A stretch of DNA of 64,000 nt from Sphaerodactylus townsendi. Taxonomy: Eukaryota. The stretch is taken from contig NC_059430.1 of the NCBI RefSeq assembly GCF_021028975.2, positions 51,522,001 to 51,586,000 on the forward strand, given 5' to 3'. Numbering within the stretch: position 1 is the stretch's first letter; each line of letters begins with the position of its first letter. Positions 35,845 to 49,099 of the stretch are shown piece by piece. Below the pieces are notes generated by a model that saw only the letters and a list, made by a program, of their open reading frames with translations, did no database searches and was not told the DNA's origin. The translations under genes and the position numbers were made by a program.

Positions 35845-36499
35845 TTAACTTGGCTTGAATAGTTTTTGAGCATTGCTGTTTTTGAGACACTTATCAATTC
35901 AACTGAGTGTGCATGTGCCCCTTTTAAAAAGCTAAAATCCTTCTGCTCAGCTCTAGGTGGGGATGATTACTGAAAGTTGCTCAGTTACTGAAAACTGATA
36001 ATTCTTTACTGCTGACTACATAAGAAAGGCTTCGATTATCTCCGTTGCCACAAAAATCATAGGTTGAATAAGACAGGAGGACAAAGACTAACAAAGTTTA
36101 TAAATTAAGGTGCCACAGGATGTCTGTTTCATTTTGCTTCTACACGCTAACACAACTAACCATAACATCCAAGTTTGAATAAGACATTTCACACCAAAAC
36201 TATTCTTTAGAAAATCTCTAACCAGTTCATATTTGAATATTTGTTTTTAATCCAAGCCACATTTTCGCCACATTTAATCCAAACTTTCCTGTTCTCCAGA
36301 ATTTCATATGTTTCATGGCAGTGAGCACATTTATTAAAATATTGAGTGAGCCTGTGATTTTATATTCTCTTTTTGTCAGTATTTTACTAGCTGTGACAAT
36401 GAATAAAAGCTTACTTGGCCTATATGTGTGTGTGTAGACAACAGGCAACTAAGGATGGAGTCCCAAGTGCTTTTAAGTCCACTATGGAAAACATACAGG

Positions 36500-37042
36500 A
36501 AGGGGCATAGCACCCACGGGGACATGTGGGGGGTCACATATCCCTGGGCGCATGCCATCCTGTCAGGTGAGGGGTGCAAAATCACCCCCCCCCCACATCC
36601 CTCCTTCCCTGCACCAATTAGGCTTCTAGGTTGGCGCAGGGCAGGAGGAGTGAGCCATGTGGTGGTCGATTTTGTACCCCCCCACACCACTTTTCCCCTG
36701 CACCAACTTGGCTCATCCAAGTCGGCACGGGGAGGAAGAGATGGTGCCTGGTGGGGAGGGGTGCAAAATTGCCCCCACACGCCTCCCCTTTTCCTCCCTT
36801 GGCTGGGTCCAGCCCCGCTCAGCTGCTCCTTCAGCCAACGGAGGCTAAAGGAGCGGCCTATTGGGGCTGCTGCAGGGTACCCTTCAGCTCGGCCCCTCCC
36901 CTCCAGCAAAGGCTGCAGCAGAGTGCCTCTTGGCCCCACCCCACCAGGTTGCCTGGGACCACCACCAGCTCAGGTAAATGGGGCGTGGGGATGCGGGGGC
37001 GTCATTTTGTCTCGGGCACCATTTTGCCCCTCTGTGCCTTTG
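36500..37042. mobile_element. Non-autonomous hAT (Tip100-like) MITE
   Basis: GC-rich insert with ends aaggggcatagc / ctgtgcctttg and perfect 8-bp TSD catacagg (36492-36499 / 37043-37050). Confidence 0.85.
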
Positions 37043-40000
37043 CATACAGGTATACCTTGGGATCTTTTCTAGTGACATAAAAGCAGAGATTCTGATTCCC
37101 AGAGGAGATTCTGATTCCCAGAGAAGAAATAGGGCAAACAAAGTTATATAACGCTCTGTCCCAAGCTGATTTAATTCACAGTTTGAGAAATATTCCCATT
37201 TAAGTGTCCTATTGTTTGGAACAGCTCTTTGGTGGATGAACAGCTCTTCCTCCACCCTTGTGACAATCCCCTGAAGATGTGAAAAATGCCATGCCAAAGG
37301 GTGTTCAGGTGAAAACACAGAGAACAAGTTTGGGTCCTTTTCCGGAATTATGGTTGGGATATAGGTCTATGAATTCTATATTATTGTTGTTCATTGTTAG
37401 CAACTTTGAACTAGAAGAGGGATATAAATTTTAAACAAACAAACAAGTAAATCCTGGCCAATGGAGACATTCTATAAATTCATTGAGAAGGATCATGGCA
37501 CAATCCATAACATAGTTCTATCCTAAGAGGCAATGTCCCTTAGCAAAGGAATAGTTCAGACCAATTTTGTTTGAATACATATTACTGGTGCTCATTTCAT
37601 GATGACATTAAATGTTCTGAGGCCAGCTGCATTTTATCCATGAACAAGATAGTAGTCTGAAATCACTTCTCTAAAATAAATGCATTTTGTAACTGCAGCT
37701 GTAATGAACTCTGCAATCACCTTTGTGAATACATTGCTTTTCCCCCGTGATACTCAGAAGTAAGCTTAGATGTAGGAGTATCTGGTATTGACACATCTCA
37801 CAAGAGAGTGAAGACAAACACCATGTAGGGATGTTTCCAGAAATCTTCTGATCTGAATTTTTGTCCAGATTTTTATTCTCCTAGTTGTCTTGTTTCTGAA
37901 ATGTAGCTAATTTATTTAGAATTTTCATTTTTAAAAAATTTACTTTTGATTTCTTTAACAGAATAGTGTGCATACATAGTGGGCCACAGCTTTCATTTCC
38001 AAAAGTTCATTCATCTCTTTTCCTCTTCTGTGTTACAATTGTACTCATATAGCATCACAATAAAGCACTGATACATACATGAGATTACATGTACGGGTCT
38101 GACAAGATTCTTGTTGTGTGGTATTGGACCTACCTTGTTTTAATAAGCTGGTAGAAGTACACTGTATTTTGTCACACAATTTTGGGTCTTTTTTCCTCAT
38201 TCATTCTCCCCTTCCCCCCCCCCCCATTTTTCTCATTTTTTAAAACAAAATCAACCTAACAAAAGTTGCTTGTTAACTGGGGGAGGTGTCATTTAGTTTA
38301 AATTTACTGTCTGAATTAATAACTCAACTTGGATTGCTTATTGAATCAACAAAGAGCATAGGCTTCAAAATACATTTGATTTGTTCAAAAAGATGTAATA
38401 GCTTTGGTAACTAGATTCTGTTCAATTTAACTGCTTGGATCTGTCACATCATTTTCTTTCTTTTGAAGCATCACAAAGTGCTGCATTTTTTTTTCTTCTG
38501 TAAACGGGTGATTCATAGTAACAGAGTGAATGCGATGGCTGTTGGACTGTTTCTTCCCTCAGTCCTGTCTGTCTTCACATCATCACATTTCCTGGAAGAA
38601 GAATTGCCTGGAAAATGGTTCTCTATCCCACTTATGCTATTTCAGTAGAACTTGAAAGTGACATTCTAGTGTCAGGCAGCTGCACTCCTTCTGAACCCCC
38701 CCCCCCCAGCTTCTTTTTTCAGCCAGATGTGGAAGGCAATGATATGAAACTGAAAGAAACCACAACTCAGTCATCTGCCCTCCACTTAATTTTTCATACA
38801 AATTTCGGGTCAGGTTGTGGCCCAGCAAGTCCTGAGGTGTGTGTTACATTAGAATGGCTGCAAGCAGATCTCCAAAAAGCAATCTGAACTGAAAAAAGAG
38901 TGTGTGAAAGAGGAAAATTGGGTGTGTGCTCTTTAGGACTGGTATATATTCAGAGCTGTTTCATTAAAATCTGCCCAGTGTATCCAAGGTTGATGAATTA
39001 CTGTATTAATCTGTTCAAAGCAGAACATGTGACCAACTCATTCTTCATCCTATTAAAAACCCTCTAAAACACTGGAGTTTGGATGACAGATTTTTTATTG
39101 ATTATCATTATTAATTATTGAAATAGTTATTTTGTCCAAGAATGGCAATGCGAAAATCCATACACTTCTTTGGAATTTTTCCCTGCAGCCAAATATGATC
39201 CCACCACCACTACCACCACAAATGCAGTATACAGAATCACTGCCTGTCCTGAGCTCTGCCATGCCTTTCTGATGGTTATATTATCTGCTGTTGCCAATAA
39301 TACTGCAGAATAGGATGAGGTTTCATTGGAAGGAACATATTAAAAACGTGTGTGTCCAACTCTGTCGCATCTGTATAAAGCCCCCCAAAATGCAATTGTT
39401 TTTACTTTCTTTTAATCTTGCAAAGAAATTTGAAAGTAGACGAACTGACCCCCATGTTCAAAGTCATTGTCAGAGACCATGAAGTCATAGGCTTCTGGTT
39501 TTAATAATGTCTTGGAAAACACTCAGCATCATTAATCATATTCAGAAAATAAATGGCACACAGATTTCCAAGTTCGAAGTGTTTGTGAAGAGTAGTTTAG
39601 AGTATTGAAAATTCATATGCACACCTTTCCTCTTACTCTTTTCAGAAGTATAAACTGGGTTGAAAAGCCAATGTAAAAAAAACTACGTAGATATTCTGAA
39701 GAGGTTATGAAAGGGATAATGTTTGGGTACAAATTTATTCTAAGCTCAAAGGGGGGTTTCTTTCCTGACGGTTATTCTGAGAATCTGTCTTTACTATTAC
39801 ACTCTATTCATTTCTAGGCAGCTAAATGGAATTTTGGCAGGTTTTTCCCCTCTCACGTGCATATTTGTTAGTGAAATGATAGTGGAAATTCTTTATGGTT
39901 TTATATATTGGGGTTTTTTGTTTTTAAAAATAAAATACTACAGATTAACCCTATTAAAGTCAACAACATAATGTGAATTGTGAAGTTTTGTATGCTTGAT

Positions 40001-40435
40001 GTCGTTTAATTTCCATTTTCAGTACATCCACTTCTAAATAAGCACCAGATCTGAAAGCAGAATGCAGACCGTCATGACTGTGCCATATATTTCCTATGTC
40101 ACGTGATAGCCTCACCTTTTCTCAGTTCAATAATTTACTGAGATGCATGCTTGCTGATCCACATGAGAAAGTTTCTCCTTGTAGATGCTCTTCAGCCTTT
40201 TTATAGGAAAGCAACAGAGATATGTAGAAATTTCTTTGCACCTGCAAAGCTTCTCAATGATTGAAATTACTCTGGTAAGCTGAAGATCTGACAGTCCATG
40301 TGACATTTCAGCATAAATGGAGTCATAGATGAGACAACAAATGATCTTTGTAATCAAGTTAAAAAATAAAAGTTCCAAATTAGAAGCTACTTTGGATTCA
40401 AGGAAGAAACACAAAGATGGTCACATTTTGAATGG

Positions 40436-41150
40436 TGTTTGTTTGTTTGTTCGTTCATTTGTTTGTTCGTTTGTTTAATATCCTGCCCTCCTCAGCCAAA
40501 GCTGGGCTCAGGGTGACTAACATACACAGTTAAAATACATATATAATTGAAACACAATGTACAATAAAATCGATCTCAGCCACAGACTACTAAAACCCTG
40601 ATGGCAATTAAATAAATCACATTGCCCATGTAAACCACATTCTGCTCAGTCCTATAACCTTATTGAGCAGAAAGGGGAGCTATATAGCATCAGGGCCAAC
40701 AGATTTCAACAACAGTATCAGTTTCAAGTACAGCATATGCCCAGCAGAAAAATTCAGACCTACAAGCTTTGTGGAAGCTATTAAGCACCCACAGCACTCT
40801 AATGTCTGCAGGCAATGCCTTCCACAGAGTAGAAGCCAGAACTAAAAAGGCCCTGGCGATCACAAAAGGTTACTCCTAGAGGACCGAAGTGTACTCTGTG
40901 GATAATATGCGGAAATGTGGTCACAGCCTAAAAGATTAATACCAAAAGGTCTGGAACTTAACAGCACCAGTGAACAGTATAAAACAAGTCTCTACCTGTA
41001 TTCTCCCACCAGAATTCTTGTGAGTTCTCTGGCTACTGCTTTCTGGAGTTCTCAGCCTACTGCATTCTGGACCAGCTGCAGTTTCTGGAGCAATCTCAAG
41101 GGCAGGCCAGTGTAAATTGAGTTACAATAATCGAGCCTGGAAGTGACCAT
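40436..41150 (-). mobile_element. L2-type LINE 3' portion with (TTTG)n tail
   Basis: Minus strand VTSRLDYCNSIYTGLPLRLLQKLQLVQNA; tail cctgccctcctcagccaaagctgggctcagggtg. Confidence 0.85.
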
Positions 41151-41274
41151 TATGTGGTATTCAGTATTCAAGTGCCATGGTATTCAGTTCTTATGGTTAC
41201 TTGGAAGAATAAATGTGTGTTCTTAAAAGGCTAACCCTAACACAAGTCCTTCTGAAGTCAAAGACTGTTATAAA

Positions 41275-42868
41275 CAGTGGTGGGATTCAAAAATTTTAAC
41301 AACAGGTTCCGATGGTGGTGGGGCCAACAGGGCTGGGTGGGGCATGATGCGGTGGGGGCGTGGCCTGGGCATTCTGGGGCGGGGCTTTCCAGAGCTGGGT
41401 GGGCAGTGCTGCGGCAGGGGTATAAATTTTTTAAAATAAAGCATTCCCTTCTCACTGGACACAGTGTAGCAGACTTCCCTCTGTGATACACCTCTGAAGA
41501 TGCCAGTCACAGATGCAGGCAAAACGTTAGAAACTAGATCCACCAGACCACGGCCACACAGCCTGGAAAACCCACCACAACCAGTTGAATCTGGCCATGA
41601 ACGCTTTCGACAACACAAGTTAATTTCCACTTTAATAGATAATTTCCACTACATGGGCTTGTGCCCACCAACTCTCTCTTCTAATTTTGTCATCACGCCA
41701 ACCCTATGAGGTAGGTTGTTAGCCTGAGAAACAGCTCCAAGTGGGTATTGAACATGTAAATCTTTTACAAATCACCCCCAGCTATTTTTTTTTGCACCAG
41801 ATCAGCTGAAATATTTTGTAAATTACCTGAAAATAGACTAACTGTCACTTTCTCTTGAGGGATCCATACTACCTTTCCCCACACCTATACCATGCAGAAT
41901 CTACCATATAAAGTTGTCATTTTCTCCTGGTGAACTGATCTCTGTGCTTGGAAATCAGTTGCAATTCCAGGAGATCTCCAGCCACCACCTGGAGGTTGGA
42001 ACAATATGTGACTTGTACTCCTTGGTTATCTATGAAATTAGTTTAAGAGACACAATATTGTAAAATCACATACATGTACCTGCATAATTGTTTTAATTAA
42101 ATGGGTTATGCAACTCCATTCAATAGCATAATACAAAAAACTACTAATTAAAAAGTTGCAGGATCAATTGTTCATGGCTGAATGCATTCTAGCATCTATG
42201 AGATTAATTTGAAAACTTTGTAAACTTCAGATTCTTAATCTCTAAGCTTTATAAATTGCTGCTTGTGTGCTGTTTGCATAATGCAATTTTAAAGTGCTAA
42301 ATCTCTTCCCCCCTCCACCCTTGGCTTCATCCCATTCTCAGCCCTTTTGCCAGTTTTCAAGCCCACCCTTCTCCCTCATGAGGAAGAACTTGCCTCTTAA
42401 TAACTGAAAGTATGCCATATTTTCTTTTAAAACCTACCTCCACAATTTTCAGACCTATCTCGTTGCCATTACTGCAGCCATTTTTGTTATGGGCAGAAGC
42501 TATTTAGGGTTTTACTTGGCTATTACTGTAGCCATTTTTGTTAAGGGCAAAAGCTATCAGCTGCAGAAAAGAGACTTAAGTTAGGGATTGTCTGCCAATT
42601 CCTATCTCGCTCTGAAATGAAGGTAAGTGTGTTGGGGTGGGGGTGGGCACCATGGGGGTAGGGGGTGGGGGTGGGGGTATCATGGGGGCAGGGGGTTCTG
42701 GGGCTGATTGTGCATCCCCCATTTGATGAAATTTGTTGTACCCAGGGACAGAGATTACCCCCTTGTCCCTAGTGGAGTTAATCATTAACAACCGGTTCTC
42801 TGAACTGAGGAAAATTTTAACAACCGGTTCTACTGAATAGGTGTAAATAGGCTGCATCCCATCCTTTG
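41275..42868. mobile_element. Non-autonomous hAT (CAGTGGTGGGATTCA family) with ~1.2 kb heterogeneous interior
   Basis: Left end cagtggtgggattcaaaaattttaacaacaggttc, right end aaccggttc...ggctgcatcccatcctttg; TSD gttataaa (41267-41274) / gttctaaa (42869-42876). Confidence 0.7.
41445..41615 (+). mobile_element. Penelope-like element 3' repeat with degenerate hammerhead ribozyme
   Basis: cctctgaagatgccagtcacagatgcaggcaaaacgttag...aaacccaccacaaccagttgaatctggccatgaacgctttcgacaa. Confidence 0.8.
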
Positions 42869-44789
42869 GTTCTAAATGACATGCTATGTAAGTTAATCAG
42901 TGCTTAGTGATGATACACTGGCTATCTGATAACATATCCAAACATAATGATGTAGCAATTTTTGCCTATGATTTTTGCTGACACATTTCAGCAAATGTTC
43001 CCTGTAGGTACATTGATTGCCATCTTTATGTATGGCCATCTGTATCTCCACACATATGAGAAATTAACCAACAGATAATCAAATTTCATTATTTCCTTGA
43101 AATTGACATGCCCTTTAATATGTTACAAAATGCGCACAACACATTATCTAGAGTCAGTACTGAATCAAAAATGGACATTCTTTATTACAACCATACTTCA
43201 GGTTCAAGTTGAACCCAACAATGAAATTAGAAGTCAAAATCTTTTTAAACAGTCATAGTGTAGGCTTTATATATAACAGACAATAAAAATACAAGTTTCT
43301 GATGTTTCCATGGTATTTTCTGCCTTTTTGTGGTTTGTTTGATTTCACTGTTTTCACAGATAAAGAAAACGGTGATACTTTTTTTAACCAGCAGTTTTAT
43401 TCATTAGATTCAACTAGGTCTTGGTTCATTTTTTTTCCATCACTGATTTCACTACAAACATTTCAGCACCAGTTCCTGATTTCCCTCTACCTGTGCGATA
43501 TAAATTGGTAAATCCTATTTGTGAACTGAAGCATTTAGCAATGCAGAACTAAACATCTGTCTTTAGAAAAACTGTAAATTAGTTTTATAAAGAGGCAATT
43601 CAGCAGAACGAATACAAATGATTTCACGCTTTTCCTATGGGCGGCTGGCTTTTGATTCCTCTGCACGATGAATTAGCGACTTCTGGAATCTGTTTCATGA
43701 AAATAATTCTGCAAATCTAAAAGAGATGGTCACTGAACATTAAAGTATTTGGCCATGCAGGACTGTAGATCCCATCTGTAAAAACTGTTTGTTATTATAG
43801 CTACATTGAAGTGTACAAAACAATAGGCATTCTATAACTATGGAAACTCTCTCTTTATCAGTAACCAGTTCTAAAACCTGATCCACAAAAAACAAGGTGA
43901 ACACAAAAGAAAGTTTGATGTGCATTCCCATGTTAAAAATGTGTGTTGGAGTTTGAATATTAAAACTAAGCTAACTATATTAGGAAATTAATACAATGAA
44001 TTTTTCCCTTAAAACATTTTAAAAGATGAATAAAGAAACTAATGTAACTTGCAGCCACTTTGTAATCACCTGGGTCAAATGTTTTCTGCACCAATAATCT
44101 GTCTGAACAGCTCAGATGTGTTCAATTAAAAGGAAAATGCTACATACGCCACAACAACCTCCTAATCACCCTCTACTCTCCAGCCAATGTTTCCTTGACC
44201 ACTGCCTTCAAGAGCTAAAAGGCACAAAGTCAAAATCATTTTTCCACACTTTGAGATGAGCCTAACTTATCTATCATATGGTTGCTATCTGCCCCTTATG
44301 ACAGTCTCACTCAGTTTTTGTTAATGACTGATGAGCTGCCTATCAGCAGCAAATTTGCACATTCACATGCATCCACTGCCTCATGGGAACTGTAGTATAT
44401 TATTTGATAAATATATCCACATAAATCTTGTTTTTCAAATGGTTAATCTAATAAAAAGTGTGAATGTCCACTTCACTATAGAATCTTATGTGATCTTTGA
44501 CCAGTCACATTCTCTCAACCTACCCTACCTCACAGGATTTTTGAGAGGATGAAATGGAGGGAAAGCAAAGAATACATGCAGCTTTGGATTCCCATTGAAG
44601 AGAAAGATGAGGCGCAAATGAAGTGAAGAAAGAATGAGGAATAATAAGTTTTATCCTCATAATTATTGCTACAATATTCTTTGTTGCTTTAGCTGCAAAA
44701 ATGCCACAAGACTCTTTGCCACAGTGTATTTGTTGCTTTAGCTGAAGTCTGATACAGCAAACCATTTAGAAATTATCAATGTACTTTGT

Positions 44790-45266
44790 TGTATGGTCTC
44801 AAAGACTAGCAATGTAGTTGTGGGGGGCATGGGGTAGCCATACCAGCTCCAAAGATGCTTGCTGTGCCATGGCCAGCAAACTAATAGCAATGTTGCCCTT
44901 TCCCCCATGAAAGGGACCAATGCAGCTCAACGGGCTGCTCCACTGATTTTTCCAGCATCCGTCTGCGCCAGCAAATGGGGGCATTTCTGGACCGAAAGGG
45001 TTTAGGAAGCCAACTAGAACTGGCCTTGTCCCCAGGAACTCTCCCTTTGGTGCCAGCGCTGGCTGCTGCACTAGTAAAGTGCTGTTTCCATGGCTGCACT
45101 GGCACCTGGGCATCATGCTGCTGCATGGCTCCCCAGTGCTGACATAAATGCATCTGCATCAGCATAAATGCTCCTTATTCCAATGCAAGTGGTATTTATG
45201 CCAGTGCTAGAGTCGCACTGTCTCCTGAATGCTTCCTTCCCCCCTTCCCCCTCAGGATTGCACTGT
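44790..45266. mobile_element. Gecko-type MITE (…ggattgcactgt end; Harbinger-like)
   Basis: GC-richer insert ending ccctcaggattgcactgt; left end degraded. Confidence 0.5.
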
Positions 45267-45387
45267 AGAACAGGTAATCTTGGCAGATATGAGACTGGCC
45301 ATGCTTAGAACAGTAACTGGCCCATCAGAACAAAACTGCCGAATCTGGAGCAGCAGCTCTGTAGTGTTTTTGTCCTGCAAACTAAAT

Positions 45388-45415
45388 ATTTCTTCTTCTT
45401 CTTCTTCTTCTTCTT
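45388..45415. repeat. (CTT)n microsatellite
   Basis: Direct reading. Confidence 0.95.
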
Positions 45416-46420
45416 TTTTTTTTGCTAATTCAGGCTCTTTGCATAGGCAAACACTGAAAAGTTTCCTGGGTGCTTAAAAAGTAGCATTTTATGTTATGTG
45501 CCTTATTAGCACACTGGTAGAAGTTTTTTTTTTCAGTTTAAACTACCTAAATTAACCATCCAAGAGCTATAAGCTTTTAAGAGCCTCCAGGAAGTCCCAA
45601 GTGATTTTGCTGGCCTGTTTTTTCTAGAGATCAACTGCCAATTAAACACATGCTAATTAGAATTAAAAACTGGATTAAACACATTAGCACCTTTTTTCTC
45701 TAGTGGGAAGCCATGCTGGGTGCTCAGTGGAGATTTTGGATTGGAAGAAGGTGTAAAAATAGTTGTTGGGTGAATAGTTGGACTCAGCATGCCTTAATAT
45801 TCTTTCTAGGTGTTCCAGTGGGATTAGTTACAGCTACAGACAGAAAGTACCATTGGTCTTAATTCACTAAGAAAACATATGTGATTTCTAATTGGCTAGG
45901 GGCAAAAGAAAAACACTCAGTGAGGTCTATAAGCTCTGTGGGGTATGACTATTAGAAATAAAGGTGACGTGCATTTTGGGGCAGTAGTCACATTACTCTG
46001 CTGCAGAGAAACTAACAAAGAGCAGCAACTAAAATAGTTCTTGTGGTTTAAGAATTCATAGGCTGGAGTCAACATCACCTCATGTACTAAATGAGTCATC
46101 AGTTGAAAGATAAACATGCCAAACTTTAGTAAACAGGGAAAAATTAGAATGCAGTGGTCAAAAGACAATGGAATATTTTAAAAGGCTCTTACAGTTCTAT
46201 ATAAGGCTCAACTACATACAAAATAAGGACAATAGCCATTGACTAATTTCCTAGAAATTTTTACCAGTAGTAGGAAAGGAATCTGTTGCCTTTATTGAGT
46301 CTTAATGAGGTACTGTGACACTTCCAGCAGTTTCACGCTGGAATTTGAAGTAGTATAGTTTAGGAATGGTGAATGTTCTCCTACTGAATTTTAGAAGTTG
46401 CCATTTTTACATTGTGTATC

Positions 46421-46447
46421 CAGTTCCAAAGCCTTTATTGGCATTAT
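46421..46447 (-). mobile_element. Ultra-short (27-bp) LINE-tail insertion
   Basis: Minus strand ataatgccaataaaggctttggaactg flanked by 10-bp direct repeat attgtgtatc (46411-46420 / 46448-46457). Confidence 0.6.
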
Positions 46448-46797
46448 ATTGTGTATCAACATTCTTGTATTATTAGTGATTAGCCTGTTTGTCCGATGCA
46501 GACAATAGGACACCATTGACAGATGATTGAATGTTAGAGGCCGAGGAGGTGAATGAGCTCCTGCTGATATAACTGGTGTTCGGCGCTGCCATAGAAGAAG
46601 AACAGTTTCAGAAAAATAAAGCTAAAAGGTTGCCTGGAAGACAGGTAGGCATCTAACTATTGAAAGTAAATAAATACGAGTTTCCTTCAATTATGGCAAA
46701 TTATTAACCATTTGAATCTCAATCACATAAAAGGCTCCAACATACAACTGGTTCAATGTCCTCCAATTGTCAGTATGATAGAGATTTGCATTTGGTA

Positions 46798-46975
46798 GGA
46801 AGGGCCACAGCTCAATGGTAGAGCACATCTCCTAAATTCAAAAGACAGAAAGTTCCATCTTAGGTAGCGTATCATCCTTGCCAGAACATGGAGAATCACT
46901 ACCAGTCAGATGGCCTGATACTGAGATAGATGGACCAGAACTGGTTTAGCTCATTACAAAGTAGCTTCAGTTGTT
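46798..46975 (+). mobile_element. Decayed Squam2-like SINE
   Basis: ggaagggccacagctcaatggtagagcac head; ggagaatcactaccagtcag...gatggacc tail. Confidence 0.65.
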
Positions 46976-47819
46976 TAGATATTAAGAAATCAAATAATGA
47001 CACAACAAAAGTATAATTACTAACTTGACCAACAAAACTACACTGTTCATTAATATTTACTAATATTTATATATTTCCTTATTCTGCTGGTGGTCAGGCT
47101 TAGGCTTCAGTGAAATCATAAGGACAAGGGAGAAAAGTAGTTGTGGAGAATTTGCCCTACTCCCACTTGCTACAACAGAGCATTCTGCCAGGCCAGGGAC
47201 AGAGTCAAAAAAGCTCTGGGTCTAGCCAAACACTTTTCAGGCCAGGAATTGCCAATCGGTTGTTGTTTACAGAGCATAATACTCTTTGGGGGCATACTGA
47301 GATAGACAGAGAGGAAAAGTGATTAAAAAATGAAGAAATAACATAATCCTGATTCCGCCCCCTGCCCCCACCAAATGCTCTACAAATAGTTCCAGAAAAA
47401 GTAAAGGACGCTAACATTCTATTGTAATCAATTTAACTTTGATTTTAGATTTATTGTTTTCATAGCAACCTTATTTGGTATCGATTCCAAAAAAAACCAG
47501 GATAAACTAATATACTCTTGGATTACAGTTGTTAATAGACATGCAACGTGAGAAGTATAATTTCTGTCTTTTCAATATATCTCTCCAGATGTATATATTG
47601 CACTTCTGTAATATTACATTTACTATACATTACTGTGGGGGAAGTATACAGGGCATAGAGTAGTCACGTGGCTCCGTTGATCAATGGTAATCTCAAATAT
47701 GGGTCTCCTTGAGCTGCAGAGTGGGAGTTCAACACATTGCAAGTGAAAGCTCTTTTTTTCTGGACTGATGAAATCAAACTGATTTTTCACAAAGTACAGC
47801 ACAACTACATTTTATATTC

Positions 47820-47880
47820 TTAGAAACCAGCAAGATTTTCAGAGTGTAAGCTTTTTAGAGTTAAAGCTTCCTTCGTCAGG
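47820..47880 (-). mobile_element. Penelope-like fragment with degenerate hammerhead core
   Basis: Minus strand ctgacgaaggaagctttaactctaaaaagcttacactctgaaaatcttgctggtttctaag. Confidence 0.65.
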
Positions 47881-47894
47881 GAGCAGCAAAGGGA

Positions 47895-48978
47895 GTTCAG
47901 CTCATTCTGTTGATGGAGGGGAGGCCATCTTCAGCCCCTGCAGCTCTCCAGCAATGTTTGGAGGCGGTCGTTGGTTGGTTGAAGCATAGCAGGTTAAAAC
48001 TCAATCCATCGAAGACGTAGGTTCTGTGGATGGGTCAAGGGGGGGAGCGGGGTTTCAGCCGCCATTGCTGGAGGGAGCCTCTCTATCATTGGCCCCCTCC
48101 ATTCGGAGCCTGAGGGTCTGCCTGGACTCTGTCCTTTCCAAGGAGTTCCAGGTGACCCACACAGTTCCAATGGCATTTTACCATCTATGTCAGGCATGCC
48201 GGCTGGCCCCCTACCTCTCCCAGTCTGACCTGGCCACAGTGATCCATGCAACGGTCACTTCCAGGTTAGACTATTGTAACTCGCTCTATGCGGACATTTC
48301 TCTGCAGGTGATCTGGAAATTGAAGCTGGTCCAAAATGCAGAAGCCCGGCTTCTCACAAACAGCTCACCATGGGACCACATCTCGCCTGTACTGCGCCGG
48401 CTGCATTGGCTTCTGCTGGAATTCCGGATCATCTTTGGTTGGTTATAACCTTTAAGGCCTTGCGTGGCCTGGGGCCTACATATCTTAGGGACTGTCTGTC
48501 CCTATATGTCCCCATTCGGCCTCTGCATTCGGCAGAGGCCAATCTGCTGGTGGTCCCAGGCCCCTCCATGATCTGACTGGCCTCTACCCGGGCCAGGGCC
48601 TTTAGTGCCTGACCTCCCCCTGACCATCAGAGCCCTCTGGGACTTAGAACAGTTCCACAGGGTCTGCAAGATGGAGTTGTTCCGCTGGGCTTTTGGGGAG
48701 GCCAGCCATTGAGGTGCAATAACTTATATTTCATCCCACTCTTGGAAGTATAATTGAGATCGACCCCTGCTGAGTTGAGCTGGGCTACTGATATTGATAC
48801 TGAGATTGATATTTGAATCTGCAAAGTTGTGGAATTTCTGGATGCTTAAAATGTTTCGATATGTAATTTATGATTTTATTGGGGTTGTTGATGTGGTTTT
48901 GGTATTAAACTACACGGCCCAGAGCCCTTAGGGAATGGGGCGGTTTATCAAATTGAAATAATAAATAAATAAAATAAA
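47895..48978 (+). mobile_element. 5'-truncated L2-type LINE (RT C-terminus + 3' UTR), well preserved
   Basis: QQCLEAVVGWLKHSRLKLNPSKT; VTSRLDYCNSLY...KLKLVQNAEARLLT...HISPVLRRLHWL; (AAAT)n tail. Confidence 0.93.
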
Positions 48979-49099
48979 GTCTAGGTGAATGTGGCTCTAA
49001 CACTCCATATGAAAGTGGGCCCAATTAAAATGCTCCACCGACTCATGAAGCCTACTAAATTCCAGAATGCTCTGTGGGGGGGTTAGAATTCCAAGCATG

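Noticed and set aside
46490-46650. Exon-like segment ending ACAG|GTAGGC
   Set aside because: Stops in all three plus-strand frames; adjacent minus-strand sequence resembles a decayed LINE 3' end.
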